This document shows positions 26,966 to 39,843 of a stretch of DNA of 64,000 bases, piece by piece. This DNA comes from Octopus sinensis (taxonomy: Eukaryota). Position numbers and translations under genes: made by a program. Numbering within the stretch: position 1 is the first letter of the stretch; each line of letters starts with the position of its first letter. The stretch lies in NCBI RefSeq assembly GCF_006345805.1, contig NC_043021.1, positions 15,686,001-15,750,000 of the forward strand, read 5' to 3'. The notes beneath the pieces are model-generated. The model was not told the origin of the DNA. It did no database searches and saw only the letters and a list, made by a program, of their open reading frames with translations.

Positions 26966-27743
26966 TTTTCTAAACCATTGTTTTCTCCATCAAATATAAT
27001 TCCTTTGAAAAATGTATACCAACAACCTACAGCACACACAGACAATATACATAAGCACACACTACTGACTACGCTCTTCGACCCCAATCATTTTATACAT
27101 ACATATATATATATATGTGTGTGTGTGTATGTATGTATAACATATATATATATATATATATATAAAAAACAAACAAACACTGTTCTGCTTTATTCCATCT
27201 AGCGCCATGGTAAGAATGATGGATGCATTGTAAAGGTATGATAAATCACTTTCCATTGTGTACCGATCAAGTTTATCTTCTCTACTAGTTTTAGTTTGTC
27301 TACTACCACCACCACCACTACTACCACTACTACTACTACTACCACCAGCACACCCACCACCACCACCACTACTACTACTACTGCTACTACTGTGACTATT
27401 AGTACCACATATCACAACTGTGTTTCACCTGTACACAAATTATATCTTATCCGGCCTGTGCTGCTGTTACTGCAAGCGTTTTTATTCACTCTACGTTGTT
27501 CACCAGCACAAACACTTAGCATGATATAATATGATATAATATAATGTGATATGATATGATATGACATGATATGATGATGATGGCTTGTCTGTATGTGTTT
27601 CTGTTGTTGTTGTTTGGTCTTAACAACTTGTGTTAAATGTCAAGATTTTGTTGACTTTAAACCCCCCCCCCGTCTTAACCGTCCTCTGTCAATGACCGAC
27701 GACCGGCTGCCGATAGGCAACAGGTTGTTGTTGTTTTTGTTAG

Positions 27744-27824
27744 ATGCTGGAGAATATCCTTAAGGGGCCAGGCAGTCTTGTACAAACACACACACAGTGG
27801 CGACATCTCTGGTTTGCCGTGTTG
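27744..27824 (+). CDS. Candidate 81-nt phase-0 exon (MLENILKGPGSLVQTHTQWRHLWFAVL)
   Basis: Acceptor gtttttgttag immediately followed by ATG, donor TTG|GTAAGG at 27825, in a unique CpG-rich island. No recognised homology. Confidence 0.2.
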
Positions 27825-27984
27825 GTAAGGGAGATAAATGCCAATAAACTTGCGAGTCGAGTCTGTCGAGGAAAATAAAACAAAACAAAAAACGAGACCA
27901 AAGATGGCTGATTTGAAATAACTTGGCTGTTATGCAAGCTTAGCATTCACCGCGTCTCCCTGCTGTCTTTGAAGTGAAGGATAT

Positions 27985-28258
27985 GTAATAATGAAATTAT
28001 TGTATACAGTGCTCAGGTGCACCACAACTTGTCAGAAAGTGCATATAAAGTACATGCAGTAATGTAGAAATGTCTGGAAAGCGAACAATGTATGAGTCAG
28101 ATACATGCTTGCGTGTGTATGGAGGGGAGAAAATCAGGTGTAGTGTTGGCGAATCTCAGGAAGCATGGAAGTTTTGAAGGATGCAGTGCTCCGACAACTA
28201 ACAACTGATACCGGCAGTTTGTTCCATGCTTCAGCAACTCTCAGCGTGAAAAAAGTTT
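27985..28258 (-). mobile_element. CR1/L2-type LINE 3' end, truncated
   Basis: Reverse complement of the element at 61340-61910. Confidence 0.82.
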
Positions 28259-28670
28259 CCTGATGGCTAAATTCACTATCAAAAAACAATATTAATAATA
28301 ATAAGAGCACTCAGTAGGTACAAACCTCCGCCAAGGCAACACCAACGTCCTCTCAACGATTAGCCAGAGATGATTTTTAAAATGAGAATATCTGAAATAA
28401 ACTCAAATGCTCTCGCAATTGAGAATACTAAAAATGAACCTGACTGCTTTCAAAAATGAAGGAAAAAAACAGGAAAAATAATCCAGAATCCTTGTCTGGT
28501 ATCAGATTGATCCCAAAATCTTATCAGTTCTTGCAGTCATGAGGCCAAACATCCCTGAAAGTTTCGTCTGAATCCATCCAGCGGTCCTTAAGATATCTTG
28601 TCCATGGACAGACAAACAAACAAACAAACACGACTGTAAACAATACCTCGGCCTTTGCTAAGACTGAGCT

Positions 28671-29070
28671 AGGCGCAGGAGTGGCTGTGTGGTAAGTAGC
28701 TTGTTTACCAACCACATGGTTCTGGGTTCAGTCCCACTGCGTGGCACCTTGGGCAAGTGTCTTCTACTATAGCCTCGGGCCGACCAAAGCCTTGTGAGTG
28801 GATTTGGTAGACGGAAACTGAAAGAAGCCCGTCGTATATATGTATATATATATATATGCGTTTGTGTGTCTGTGTTTGTCCCCCTAGCATTGCTTGACAA
28901 CCGATACTGGTGTGTTTATGTCCCTGTTACTTAGCGGTTTGGCAAAAGAGACCAATAGAATAAGTACTGGGCTTACAAAAGAATAAGTCCCGGGGTCGAG
29001 TTGCTCGATTAAAGGTGGTGCTCTAGCATGGCCGCAGTCAAATGACTGAAACAAGTAAAAGAGTAAAAAG
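28671..29070 (+). mobile_element. CORE-type SINE, full length
   Basis: aggcgcaggagtggctgtgtgg head through to the aagtaaaagagtaaaaag tail. Confidence 0.88.
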
Positions 29071-31199
29071 TAATAATAGGTTCAAATTTTGATAGAGGGC
29101 CAGCAGTTTCTGAGGTGGGGGAAGCAGATTACAATGATCCCAGTACATGACTGGTACCTATTGTACTGAGCCTGAAAGGATGAAAGGCAAAGTGGACCTC
29201 ACCAGAATTTGAATGTTAATAATAATTCTTTATTTTGGCACAAGGCCAGTGATTCTGAAGGGGGTGGGAGGAAATTGATTACTTTACTGGTACTTTATTT
29301 TATCAACCCTGAAAGGATGAAATGCAAAATTGGCCTCAGCAGGATTTGAACTCAGAATGTAAAGAACCAGAATGAATGCTGGTACGCCTGTTGACCAACA
29401 GGCTACTGATGCCGTCAGTTTGTCCCCTTAATAATCCTTTCCACAATAGGCACATGGTGAGTGGGTAAGTCATTTGATACTGACCTCCCAGTACTCATCT
29501 GGTACTTGTTTTATCGACCCCGAAAGGATGAAAGGCAAAGTCTACCTCAACAGAATTTGAACTCGGAATATAAAGACAAGTGAAATGCCCCTAAGCATTT
29601 TAACTGGCATGCTAAAAATTCTGCCTGCTCACCATCTTAAAAAAGATTTCTAATTTAAACTTCAGTCCAGCAGTTTTGCGGTGAGGGGCTTAGCTGATAC
29701 TAATAGCTCTAGTACTTGACAGCTGTTTTATTATATCGACCCCAAAAGGATGGAAGGCAAAGTTGACCATGGCTGGATTTGAACTCTGAATGTATTATAT
29801 CATTCTATCAAAACGTCTGTACTTCTAACACACGGTTACATTGCAGGTCTACTTCTCTCAAGTGTTTCACACTCTCAGCAGCTTACCAACATGTTTTTAA
29901 CTTGCCAAATTTCCCTTTCATGTCTGTTGAAGGTCTGATAATGAGGTCCAACAAATGTGGTGGTGGTGATGGTGGTAGTGGTGGTCAGGGTGTGAAAAAT
30001 TAATAGGATAAGGGAAAATGCTTTGAAGCGTAGAGGACCCACATATGCAAATTAATTGTAGACACCAAACAACTGTACTTACAAGCTGTCCCTTTGCTGT
30101 ATGCCTTTCTCAGATAATGTGTTACATAACATAATGTATTCAATCATATTGATGTTCTTTTGAAGAAGCAGGTACTCTGTATCATGGCCATGTATGCAAT
30201 TACCACAAATGAAAATTTAGAGGCCTGACCATGTGGTACATTATAATGATACATCCACATGGGGCATTACATTGACACATTCATTATAAAAAAATTTTGT
30301 AAGATACATTAGAATGAGTCATCCATGTGGTATAACAGTACAGTGGAATCACCCATGTAGTACATTACTGTGAATCATTCATGTGGTATATGGCAGTGAA
30401 TTACCCTTGTGGTACATTATTTAGCCTGTTCCCGTTATACTTTAGTGAAACATTCACATGGTAGCTTACAGTAATCCTTTGTGGTACATCACTGTGATCC
30501 ATCCACATGGTACATTATTGGGGCTGTTTTTGGGTACATCACTGTGAACTATCCATGTGGTACTCTACTGTAATCCATCCATGATGATCATCATCATCTC
30601 TTAACGTCTGTTTTCCATGTTGGCATGGGTTGGACAGTTTGATAGGGGCTGATAAAGCCAGGAGCCACACTAGACTCCATAGTTCATTTCTGTATGGTTT
30701 CTACAGCCAGCTGCCCTTCCTAATGCCAACCACCTTACAATCACTGGCTGCTTTTTACATGGCACCATCACCAGTGATGTACATTATTATCATCCATCCA
30801 TGTGGTACCTCACATTAAACCATTTTTGTGGTACCATATGAAACACTCTTCTAATAGTTTCACCGTATTGTAGCTATGTTCCTGTGGTACTGTTGGTTGG
30901 AAGGGGTTGATTTCTTAAAGATCTTCCATTCATTTGGGTTTTTTCTTCTTGATTCATCTCTTATGAAATATGTATGGGTGTGTGTATGTATGTATGTAGG
31001 TAGGTATATATATATGTGTGTATTTGTATGTATGTATGTATAATGATCATCTGTGCAATAAATAAATATGGATTGTATATTCTTAAACGGGCCGCAGTTC
31101 CCTAATTCATTACATATGTTTATCCCTCTATCAATATTAATACTTGTATTTATATTCATGTGGCCTTAATATCAAAATACCTCTCTCTCTCATAGATAT

Positions 31200-32010
31200 T
31201 GATATATACAAATACACACATAAATATGTCTATGTATATGTATTCATATACATATTTGTACATATGTACGTATATATATATGTTTGTATATGCATATAAA
31301 TATATATATTTATATGTATATTTGTATGTGTATATGTATTCATATATGCATATATATACATATGTATGTATATACCTTTATGTATGTGTATATATATATA
31401 TATGTATGTACATATATGTGTATGTATGTATATGTATGTATATACATATATGTGTGTGTACACATATGTATATACATATATGTGTGTATGTATATGTAAA
31501 TATGTATGTATATATATATTATATGTATATTTGTATGTGTATATGTATTCATATATGCATATATATACATATGTATGTATATACCTTTATGTATGTGTAT
31601 ATATATATATATGTATGTACATATATGTGTATGTATGTATATGTATGTATATACATATATGTGTGTGTACACATATGTATATACATATATGTGTGTATGT
31701 ATATGTAAATATGTATGTATATATATATATATATATACACACACATATATGTATGTATATGTAAATACATATATGTATATACATGTATGTATGTATATAC
31801 ATTTATTTATGTGTATATACATTTATGTATATGTATGTATGTTTATACATATGTGTGTATGTATATACATATATGTATGTATATGTAAATACATATATAT
31901 GTATATACATTTATTTATGTATATGTATACACACACACAAAAGTATGTATATACACATATCTGTATGTATATATGTATATATATGCACTGATGTATGTAT
32001 ATATAGGTAT
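31200..32010. repeat. About 800-bp (TA/TG)n tract containing a tandem duplication of about 210 bp
   Basis: The block tatttgtatgtgtatatgtattcatatatgc...gtaaatatgtatg occurs at about 31318 and about 31527. Confidence 0.9.
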
Positions 32011-32331
32011 GTATTGCAAATCCGATAGTGCTTATTTCACTCCAGTTACTGGCATCAGCTCATACACTGCCTTATAGTGACAAGCTCTGCCGGATTATTT
32101 AACCACTGGCCATTTCCATAAATCTGGTGCAGGTGTATTATAAATACCAAAACCCAGCGGGGCTATTCCTTCCAAGAATGAAGGAAAGGAAGAAAGATCA
32201 GCATTTGGTTTCAAAGTTACAGCACTGAGTACAGTGTGGCTAGCTCTCGTTTATCTAGACATTCCTGTGCAAGACAAAAGAGAACAAACATTATCATTAT
32301 TATTATTACTCTCTCTCTCTCTCTCGTTTTT

Positions 32332-33075
32332 CTCTTTTACATGTTTCAGTCGTTTGACTGCAGCCCATGCTGGAGCACCGCCTTTAGTCGAGCAAATTGA
32401 CCCCCCCGGGACTTATTCTTTTGTAAGCCCAGTACTTATTCTATCGGTCTCTTTTGCCGAACCGCTAAGTGACGGGGACGTAAACACACCAGCACCGGTT
32501 GTCAAACAATGCTAGGGGGACAAACACAGACACACATACACATACATACATATATATATACGACAGGCTTCTTTCAGTTTCCTTCTACCAAATCCACTCA
32601 CAAGGCATTGGTCGGCCCGGGGCTCTAGCAGAAGACACTTGCCCAAGATGCCACTGGGACTGAACAGTAGGTGCAGGAGTGGCTGTGTGGTAAGTAGCTT
32701 GCTTACCAACCACATGGTTCCAGGTTCAGTCCCACTGCGTGGCATCTTGGGCAAGTGTATTCTGCTATTGCCCCGGGCCAACCAATGCCTTGTGAGTGGA
32801 TTTGGTAGACGGAAACTGAAAGAAGCCTGTCGTATATATGTATATATATATGTATGTGTATGTGTGTCTGTGTTTGTCCCCCTAGCATTGTTTGACAACC
32901 GATGCTGGTGTGTTTACGTCCCTGTCACCTTAGCGGTTCGGCAAAAGAGACCAATAGAATAAGTACTGGGCTTACAAAAGAATAAGTCCCGGGGGGGTCG
33001 ATTTGCTCGACTAAAGGCGGTGCTCCAGCATGGCCGCAGTCAAATGACTGCTGAAACAAGTAAAAGAGAGAAAAA
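32332..33075. mobile_element. Head-to-head inverted pair of CORE-type SINE copies
   Basis: Minus copy 32332-32665 (headless) and plus copy 32669-33075. Confidence 0.88.
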
Positions 33076-33519
33076 AAGAGTATGATGTCCAGAAGGGAAA
33101 TTATTCTTTGAAACAATAATGATGCGATCTATTCCACTGAAGCGTATCCGCGTTCACGCATGACGAAACCTCTTTGTGCACAACCGTGCTGACGTTAGCA
33201 CATGAGCAGGCAATGTTTACATACGTATTAGATCATCGCTTAGGAAGCGATAAATATTAGCTCCGCTTGTAAACGAGTTTTCATCGTCATCATCTTCGTT
33301 GTTGTTGTTGCTGCTGCTGTTGTCTTATTGCTATACGTTGAGTGCATATAAACCCCTTTTTTGCCTTGTCACATTGCATCTTCATTTCTGCAAGCTTGAT
33401 GTTTGTCAATTTCGACACAGTTCAATTCGTTATCTCCATCACACTCGTTAAGATATTTTCTATTTATTTATTTATTTATTCATCTATTTTGTTTTGTTTT
33501 GTTTGTTTACTCTCTTTTA

Positions 33520-33719
33520 CTCTTTTACTTGTTTCAGTCATTTGACTGCGGCCATGCTGGAGCACCGCCTTTTTTTTAATCGAGCAACTCGACCCCAGGA
33601 CTTATTCTTTTTGTAAGCCCAGTACTTATTCTATCGGTCTCTTTTGCCGAACCGCTAAGTAACGGGGACATAGACACACCAGCATCGGTTGTCAAGCAAT
33701 GCTAGGGTGACAAACACAG

Positions 33720-33752
<33 letters not shown>

Positions 33753-33925
33753 CATATATACGACGGGCTTCTTTCAGTTTCTGTCTACCAAATCCACTCA
33801 CAAGGCTTTGGTCAGCCCGAGGCTATAGCAGAAGACACTTGCCCAAGGTGCCACGCAGTGGGACTGAACCCGGAACCATGTGGTCGGTAAACAGGCTACT
33901 TACCACACAGCCACTCCTGCGCCTA
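33520..33925 (-). mobile_element. CORE-type SINE, full length
   Basis: Reverse complement of the family consensus, ending ...ccactcctgcgcct. Confidence 0.88.
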
Positions 33926-36779
33926 TGTTTGTTTTTGTTTTAAACTTTGGAATTTGTGTTTGTTGCTTTCTGCACATCAGGCTATGATGTGCAGTTGCAG
34001 TTGCGTCTATAGCTGCAACAAGTGCAACAATGGTAAGCAAGTGAGGGAAGCCCCAACCTGCTAGAAATGGCAGCTAAATTTCTCAGATCAAATTTCATCA
34101 CCATTAAAAAAAAAAGTAAATGAAAATATTAAAAAAATGACATGCTGAATTTGGTAGTCCTTCGAGGCACAGAGAGGCAGGATGGGCAAGGCTGGAACAT
34201 CTTTAGTTACAAGTCTGAGTGTTCATATGAAGATAAACCATCACAGCTGGAAACAAATGTAGTTTTTTGGGGGTTTTTTTACGCAGGAAACTCATAGTTT
34301 TCATATTGTTCTGTAAAGTGTTAGCAACGTAAGTGGTTGGCAATGGGTAGTTAGCAACAAAAGTTATAGTAGTTAGCAATAAAAGTGTTAGTTGTTGGGA
34401 ATGCAAATAAAGTATTTATCACCACAAAGTAGGACTGTGTTGGCAACCGGCATAGTTAGCAACACAAGTACAGTAGTTAACAATACTGGTGGAGCAGTTA
34501 ACAAGTAGCTAGCAACACTGCGAAGTGGCGCTGACTGCACACATATTAGTGGTTAGCAACACAAAAGCCGAGCTGCGTTAGCAACACAAAGTAATTAACT
34601 GCACAAGTATTGGCTAGTAGCACAAAGCAAAGAAGCATTAGCAACACTAAGTACGTTAGTGTCAGTAACAGAAATAGTCATTGCTAAAAATCGAAAGCGC
34701 TCTACCAGAATAATACCAACAACAATAGGGATTTCTATACTAAGTACAAGGCCACACTGATTTTGTTACCTTGTGGTGACCCCAATACATGATTGAGAGC
34801 CTATGTTATTGATTTTGAAAGGATGTTTCTACAGCTGGATGCCCTTCCTAATGCCAACCACTCTGAGAGTGTAGTGGGTGCTTTTTACATGCCACTGGCA
34901 CAGGAGCCAGTCAGGCGGGCCTGGCATTGATCATGTTTGGATAGTGCTTTTTATGTGCCACTGGCACAGGAGCCAGTTCAGTGGACCTGCATCGACCATG
35001 TTTGGATGGTGCTTTTTTACGTGCCACCAGCACAGGAGCCAGTCAGGCGGGGGCACTAGTCATAGCTACGATATTGGTTTTACTTGACTCAACAGGTCTT
35101 CTCAAGCATATCATATGCTTTTACAAAACATGATCAGTGAGATAGCATGTTTCTATGAGAAATGACAGAAAAGCAACACTGTATTTGTATTTGCATGTGT
35201 GTTTGTGTGTCTGTACATATATAAATATGAATGTATTAAACCATCTGTCGCAATAATTGCCCTTGTGGAATAATTGATATCTGAGGTTACCATGGCTACA
35301 ACTGAATGTATCCAACAATATAGAAATATTGTTGGTAAAGCATTCCAATGAAAATATCGTCTGCACACACATAATGGAGCTGATGTTTGTCCTCCAGGTA
35401 TGGGTGGAGAAAGGACAGCATTAAACCTCAGCAGTGTTGTCAAGATCAGCTGCCCAACACATGCTAACCTCTCACATATAAGTTATAAGAAACGGACGAC
35501 TGCTACCAACAAATTATTGTTCAGAACATACAGCTTATTATATGTGTGTGTGTATGTGCATATATACATACGTTTGCATGTATATATATATATGTCTCTG
35601 TGTGTATGCATATACATGTGTATATACTTGTGTATATATATATGTACACAGACACACACACATGTATGTGTTCGTTTATATATATGTTGCATACACACAC
35701 ACTGTCCGGAAAGTTTTAACCAATTCTGACCAAAAATTATTGATCGGCGTCTGTGGATGTTTTCGTGTGTAATTTTCTGAAATTAGAATGATTAATTAAT
35801 TATTAATCAATCACTGGCTAATTTTTAAATAAATTTATATTAAACTTACTGGATATCCATCATAATAATTCTTTCTAATTTTGGCAGTAGGGCAGCAATT
35901 AGACAGGGAGCAGTCAATTACATTGACCCCCAGGACTTGACTGATACTTTACTGACCTTGAAGTGATGAAGGCCAAAGTTGACCTTGGTAGGATTTGAAC
36001 TCAGAATCTAAAACATTGCTAAGCGTCTTGCTCTATGCATTAATTCCTTCATGATATTAGTTCCTAATAGATTTATCCCTCACCTGCTTTAACAACACCA
36101 CCTGGTCCTTTAGTGCCTGTGGTGGGACCCATTGTGTTGTAAGCATTCAGGCCAGATCACCAGTCTGAGAACTCCCTCCCATCAGCCGTAAAACAGGCAG
36201 AATATTTGAGCCAGATATGGCCAGAGACTGTTTGGCTGTTACATCTAGCAGATCAAGCATATGCTATCACTGATCTGTAGCAACCTAATGCATTAACTTG
36301 CTGTCTTACCATATTTATAGCAAAACTGCAGGAATTTCTCGAGAATTGCAAATCATTCTCATTGTAACCAAAATTTTCATTAAAAATCTGTAGCCGTTGT
36401 TTAGTTCCTGTACTTCCTGGTCAGTCCTGATTGAAAAGCATTCCAGCCATGACCATCTTGTTTGAGTGGGGGTGGTGGCTGCATAATGCATGTAGGACTG
36501 TATTATTCAATGTGTCCTTGTGGGGTTGTTTTTTTTAATGGTACAGAGTAATATGCGGGGGATTTGGCTGCTATTTCTAATTACGGGTAATTTTTTTCTC
36601 CATAATGTTAATAGAAGGAATATTAACCAACAAGTGAAGTTGGCATTACACATTTGCAGCACATTCCGAGCAAATTCGAGCATCGCCACACTATACTTTT
36701 ATTCATAGATTGAAACTATGTCAAAACCTTGTTAATGCGACATCAAAGTCTGCTGTTTTAAGCGCAACTAAAAAACAAA

Positions 36780-36807
36780 CCCGAGCAACGCCGGGCTATA
36801 CTGCTAG
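36780..36807 (+). mobile_element. Helitron 3' terminus
   Basis: GC hairpin CCCG-AGCAACGC-CGGG, 8-nt spacer, CTAG followed by T. The 5' end was not identified. Confidence 0.6.
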
Positions 36808-38334
36808 TACATATATATATAATTGAAAAAAATTTGAAGTCAACAAGGAGAAGGTGGACAAGCTTTATACTATAAACCCCAGAGTTTCATTGGTACATAA
36901 TTTATCAACTCCAAAAGGATGCCAGGCAAAGTTGACATTGGCACTTTTTATCAAAGGCACAGGGCTTGAAATTTTGGGAGAGGAGACTAGTCGATTACAT
37001 CAACCCCAGTATTTCACTGGTACTTAATAATTCTTTATACTATAGGCCCAAGGCCTGAGGTTTTGTGGGCAGGGGAGTAGTTCATTACATTGACCCCAGT
37101 GTGAAGGCGGCGAGCTGGCAGAAACATTAGCACGCCGGGCGAAATACATAGCTGTATTTCGTCTGCCGTTACGTTCTGAGTTCAAATTCCGCTGAGGTTG
37201 ACTTTGCCTTTCATCCTTTCGGGGTCGATAAATTAAGTACCAGTTTTGCACTGGGGTTGATGTATTCGACTTAATCGATTTGTCTGTCCTTGTTTGTCCT
37301 CTCAGTGTTTAGCCCGTTGTGGGCAATAAAGAAATATATACATTGACCCCAGTGTTTCACTGGTACTTAATAATTCTTTATACTATAGGCCCAAGGCCTA
37401 AGGTTTTGTGGGCAGGGGAATAGTTCATTACATCAACCCCAGTATTTCACTGGTACTTAATAATTTTTTATACTATAGGCCCAAGGCCTAAGGTTTTGTG
37501 GGCAGGGGAGTAGTTCATTACATTGACCCCAGTGCTCAACTGATATTTATTTCATGACCTTCTTAACCTCGGCGGGGTTGGAACTCAGGCTAAAAAAAAG
37601 GGGACAAAATGCCACTAAACCTATTTCAAACATGCTAATGATTCTGCCATCTTGTCACTTTGAAAACAATAGTAACGTAGTATAATATGTAACCACAAGG
37701 GATATTCCGTCAGATGGATGGAAATCAATTTCTGGCAGAAGACGGCTGAAGATGGCACTGTGCCTCCACTACACTGAATTATGACAACAACTGACTCTTT
37801 TGTAATTTTGCTATTCATTTTCAGCCTCGTACACACAGATTATGGAGGCATCTTCTTCTATTCACCCGTCTCCCCTTTGAACAGTTTCTCTATTTTCTTC
37901 AGATCCATCTGCTGGTCTTTATGTATTCACATTGTGTAGTGTCATTATTCTGTTTGATAAATTTCTAAGACACGGTCCCGTTCTGTGTGCTGCACATTTT
38001 CTTTCTTTTTTTTTTTTATTGTGAACAGCTTTAAATTTTACTGCACATGCAAATGCATCTATGATGCACAAGCAGCATATTCCCACAAACTCAAACTGAA
38101 TTTGTTTTTCAAAATATTTCATGAATTAATTATAAGTTGACTACAACCACACACACACAAAAACCTCAGTGTTTGTCATTTCACATATCTATCTCATATT
38201 CATAATTATGCATATTAGTCTTTATTCTTTGCTACTTTTACTCACTTACTTCTTTCAGTAGTTGGACTGTGGCCATGCTGGAGCATTGTCTTGAAGGATT
38301 TAGCTTATTAAATCAACTGTAATCTATCTTTCTA

Positions 38335-38536
38335 TCTTTTACTTGTTTCAGTCATTTGACTGCGGCCATGCTGGAGCACCGCCTTTAGTCGAGTAAATCG
38401 ACCCTGGGTCTTATCCTTTGTAAGCCCAGTACTTATTCTATCGGTCTCTTTTGCCAAACTGCTAAGTGACAGGGACGTAAACACACCAGCATTGGTTGTC
38501 AAGCAATGCTAGGTTGACAAACACACACACACACAT

Positions 38537-38586
<50 letters not shown>

Positions 38587-38752
38587 TACGACAGGCTTCT
38601 TTCAGTTTCCATCTATCAAATCCACTCACAAGGCATTGGTCGGCCCGGGGCTATAGCAGAAGACACTTGCCCAAGATGCCACGCAGTGGGACTGAACCCA
38701 GAACCATGTGGTTGGTAAGCAAGCTACTTACCACACAGCCACTCCTGCGCCT
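38335..38752 (-). mobile_element. CORE-type SINE, full length
   Basis: Reverse complement of the family consensus. Confidence 0.88.
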
Positions 38753-39802
38753 ATTTGTTTTCTGTAATATTTGTTTTCTTTTTACTTTTGTCTGGTACTT
38801 ATTCTCTTAGTCTCTGATGCTGAACCACCTAAGTTATGAGAATGTAAACAAACCGACACCAGTTGTCAAGTGGTACAGGAATAAGTGCAAAGATACACAC
38901 ACACGCAGTGATGTCTTGAGTTCTATTTATCCTGTTTGTACTACCAAACACACACACATTTATATACAGAGGATTTTAAGGCCCTTGCATAACTTCTCAG
39001 CCAATATATATGTCCGTATATATACTTACATAAAGCAATATTGTATAAAATAGTGTATCTTAGCTTAGCAGTTCAACAAAATAAAGATCGATAAAGCATG
39101 TGACTAAAATCCTTGAATGTGGTGCCCCAGCATGGCAGTAGCCTAATGAATGAAATGGATAAAAGAATACATCAAATGATAATCAACCTTGTTTAGAAAC
39201 TGTGTCCAGCTCACTACTTAGTATTAAGCATCCGATTGATCTGATATGCTTTCTACATCTTTGAAATGTAATTTTGTTAATGTAAGCACAATGTGTTGAG
39301 CGTTCTTTTCTTTCATATGTGTATATGTGTGTATGTATGTATGTATGTATTCTAGATCAAGTAAGTTACGTATAACAAACTTAAGAACAACTGATCATAC
39401 AGTTGAATTATATATGGTTATTGTTCACAAAATAACCTTGTTAAACCATTGTTACTGTAAGTTTCGAAATTGCCAACTAAGCCCAGACTCACATTAGGTG
39501 CCATGTGATTGTACCATGTCAACTGAAGTGATTTGTCCAGGATGTGTACAGAAGTTGCTCTGGTCAAGGACACCTTGCTTTAGTGGTTACATGTCATCCA
39601 GTATTTGATGAGAGATGTTTGAACTAAAAGTTGACCATATATATGGTGTGTGTATGTGTGGGTGTTTGTATGCATACACTCACCTGTGTATTTGTATACA
39701 TATACACACACACACACGTGTATATGTATGTGTGTATGTATATATATGAAAACATATACACACACAAATGTGTGAGTTTGTAGATATATATATATATATG
39801 CA

Positions 39803-39843
<41 letters not shown>

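Noticed and set aside
33981-34032. 52-nt exon-like segment (catcAG…ATG|GTAAGC)
   Set aside because: Frame-shifting length, no homology and no supporting evidence.
35385-35403. Recursive-splice-like site tttgtcctccAG|GTatgg
   Set aside because: Weak donor; several similar AG|GT sites are expected by chance in a 40-kb intron.
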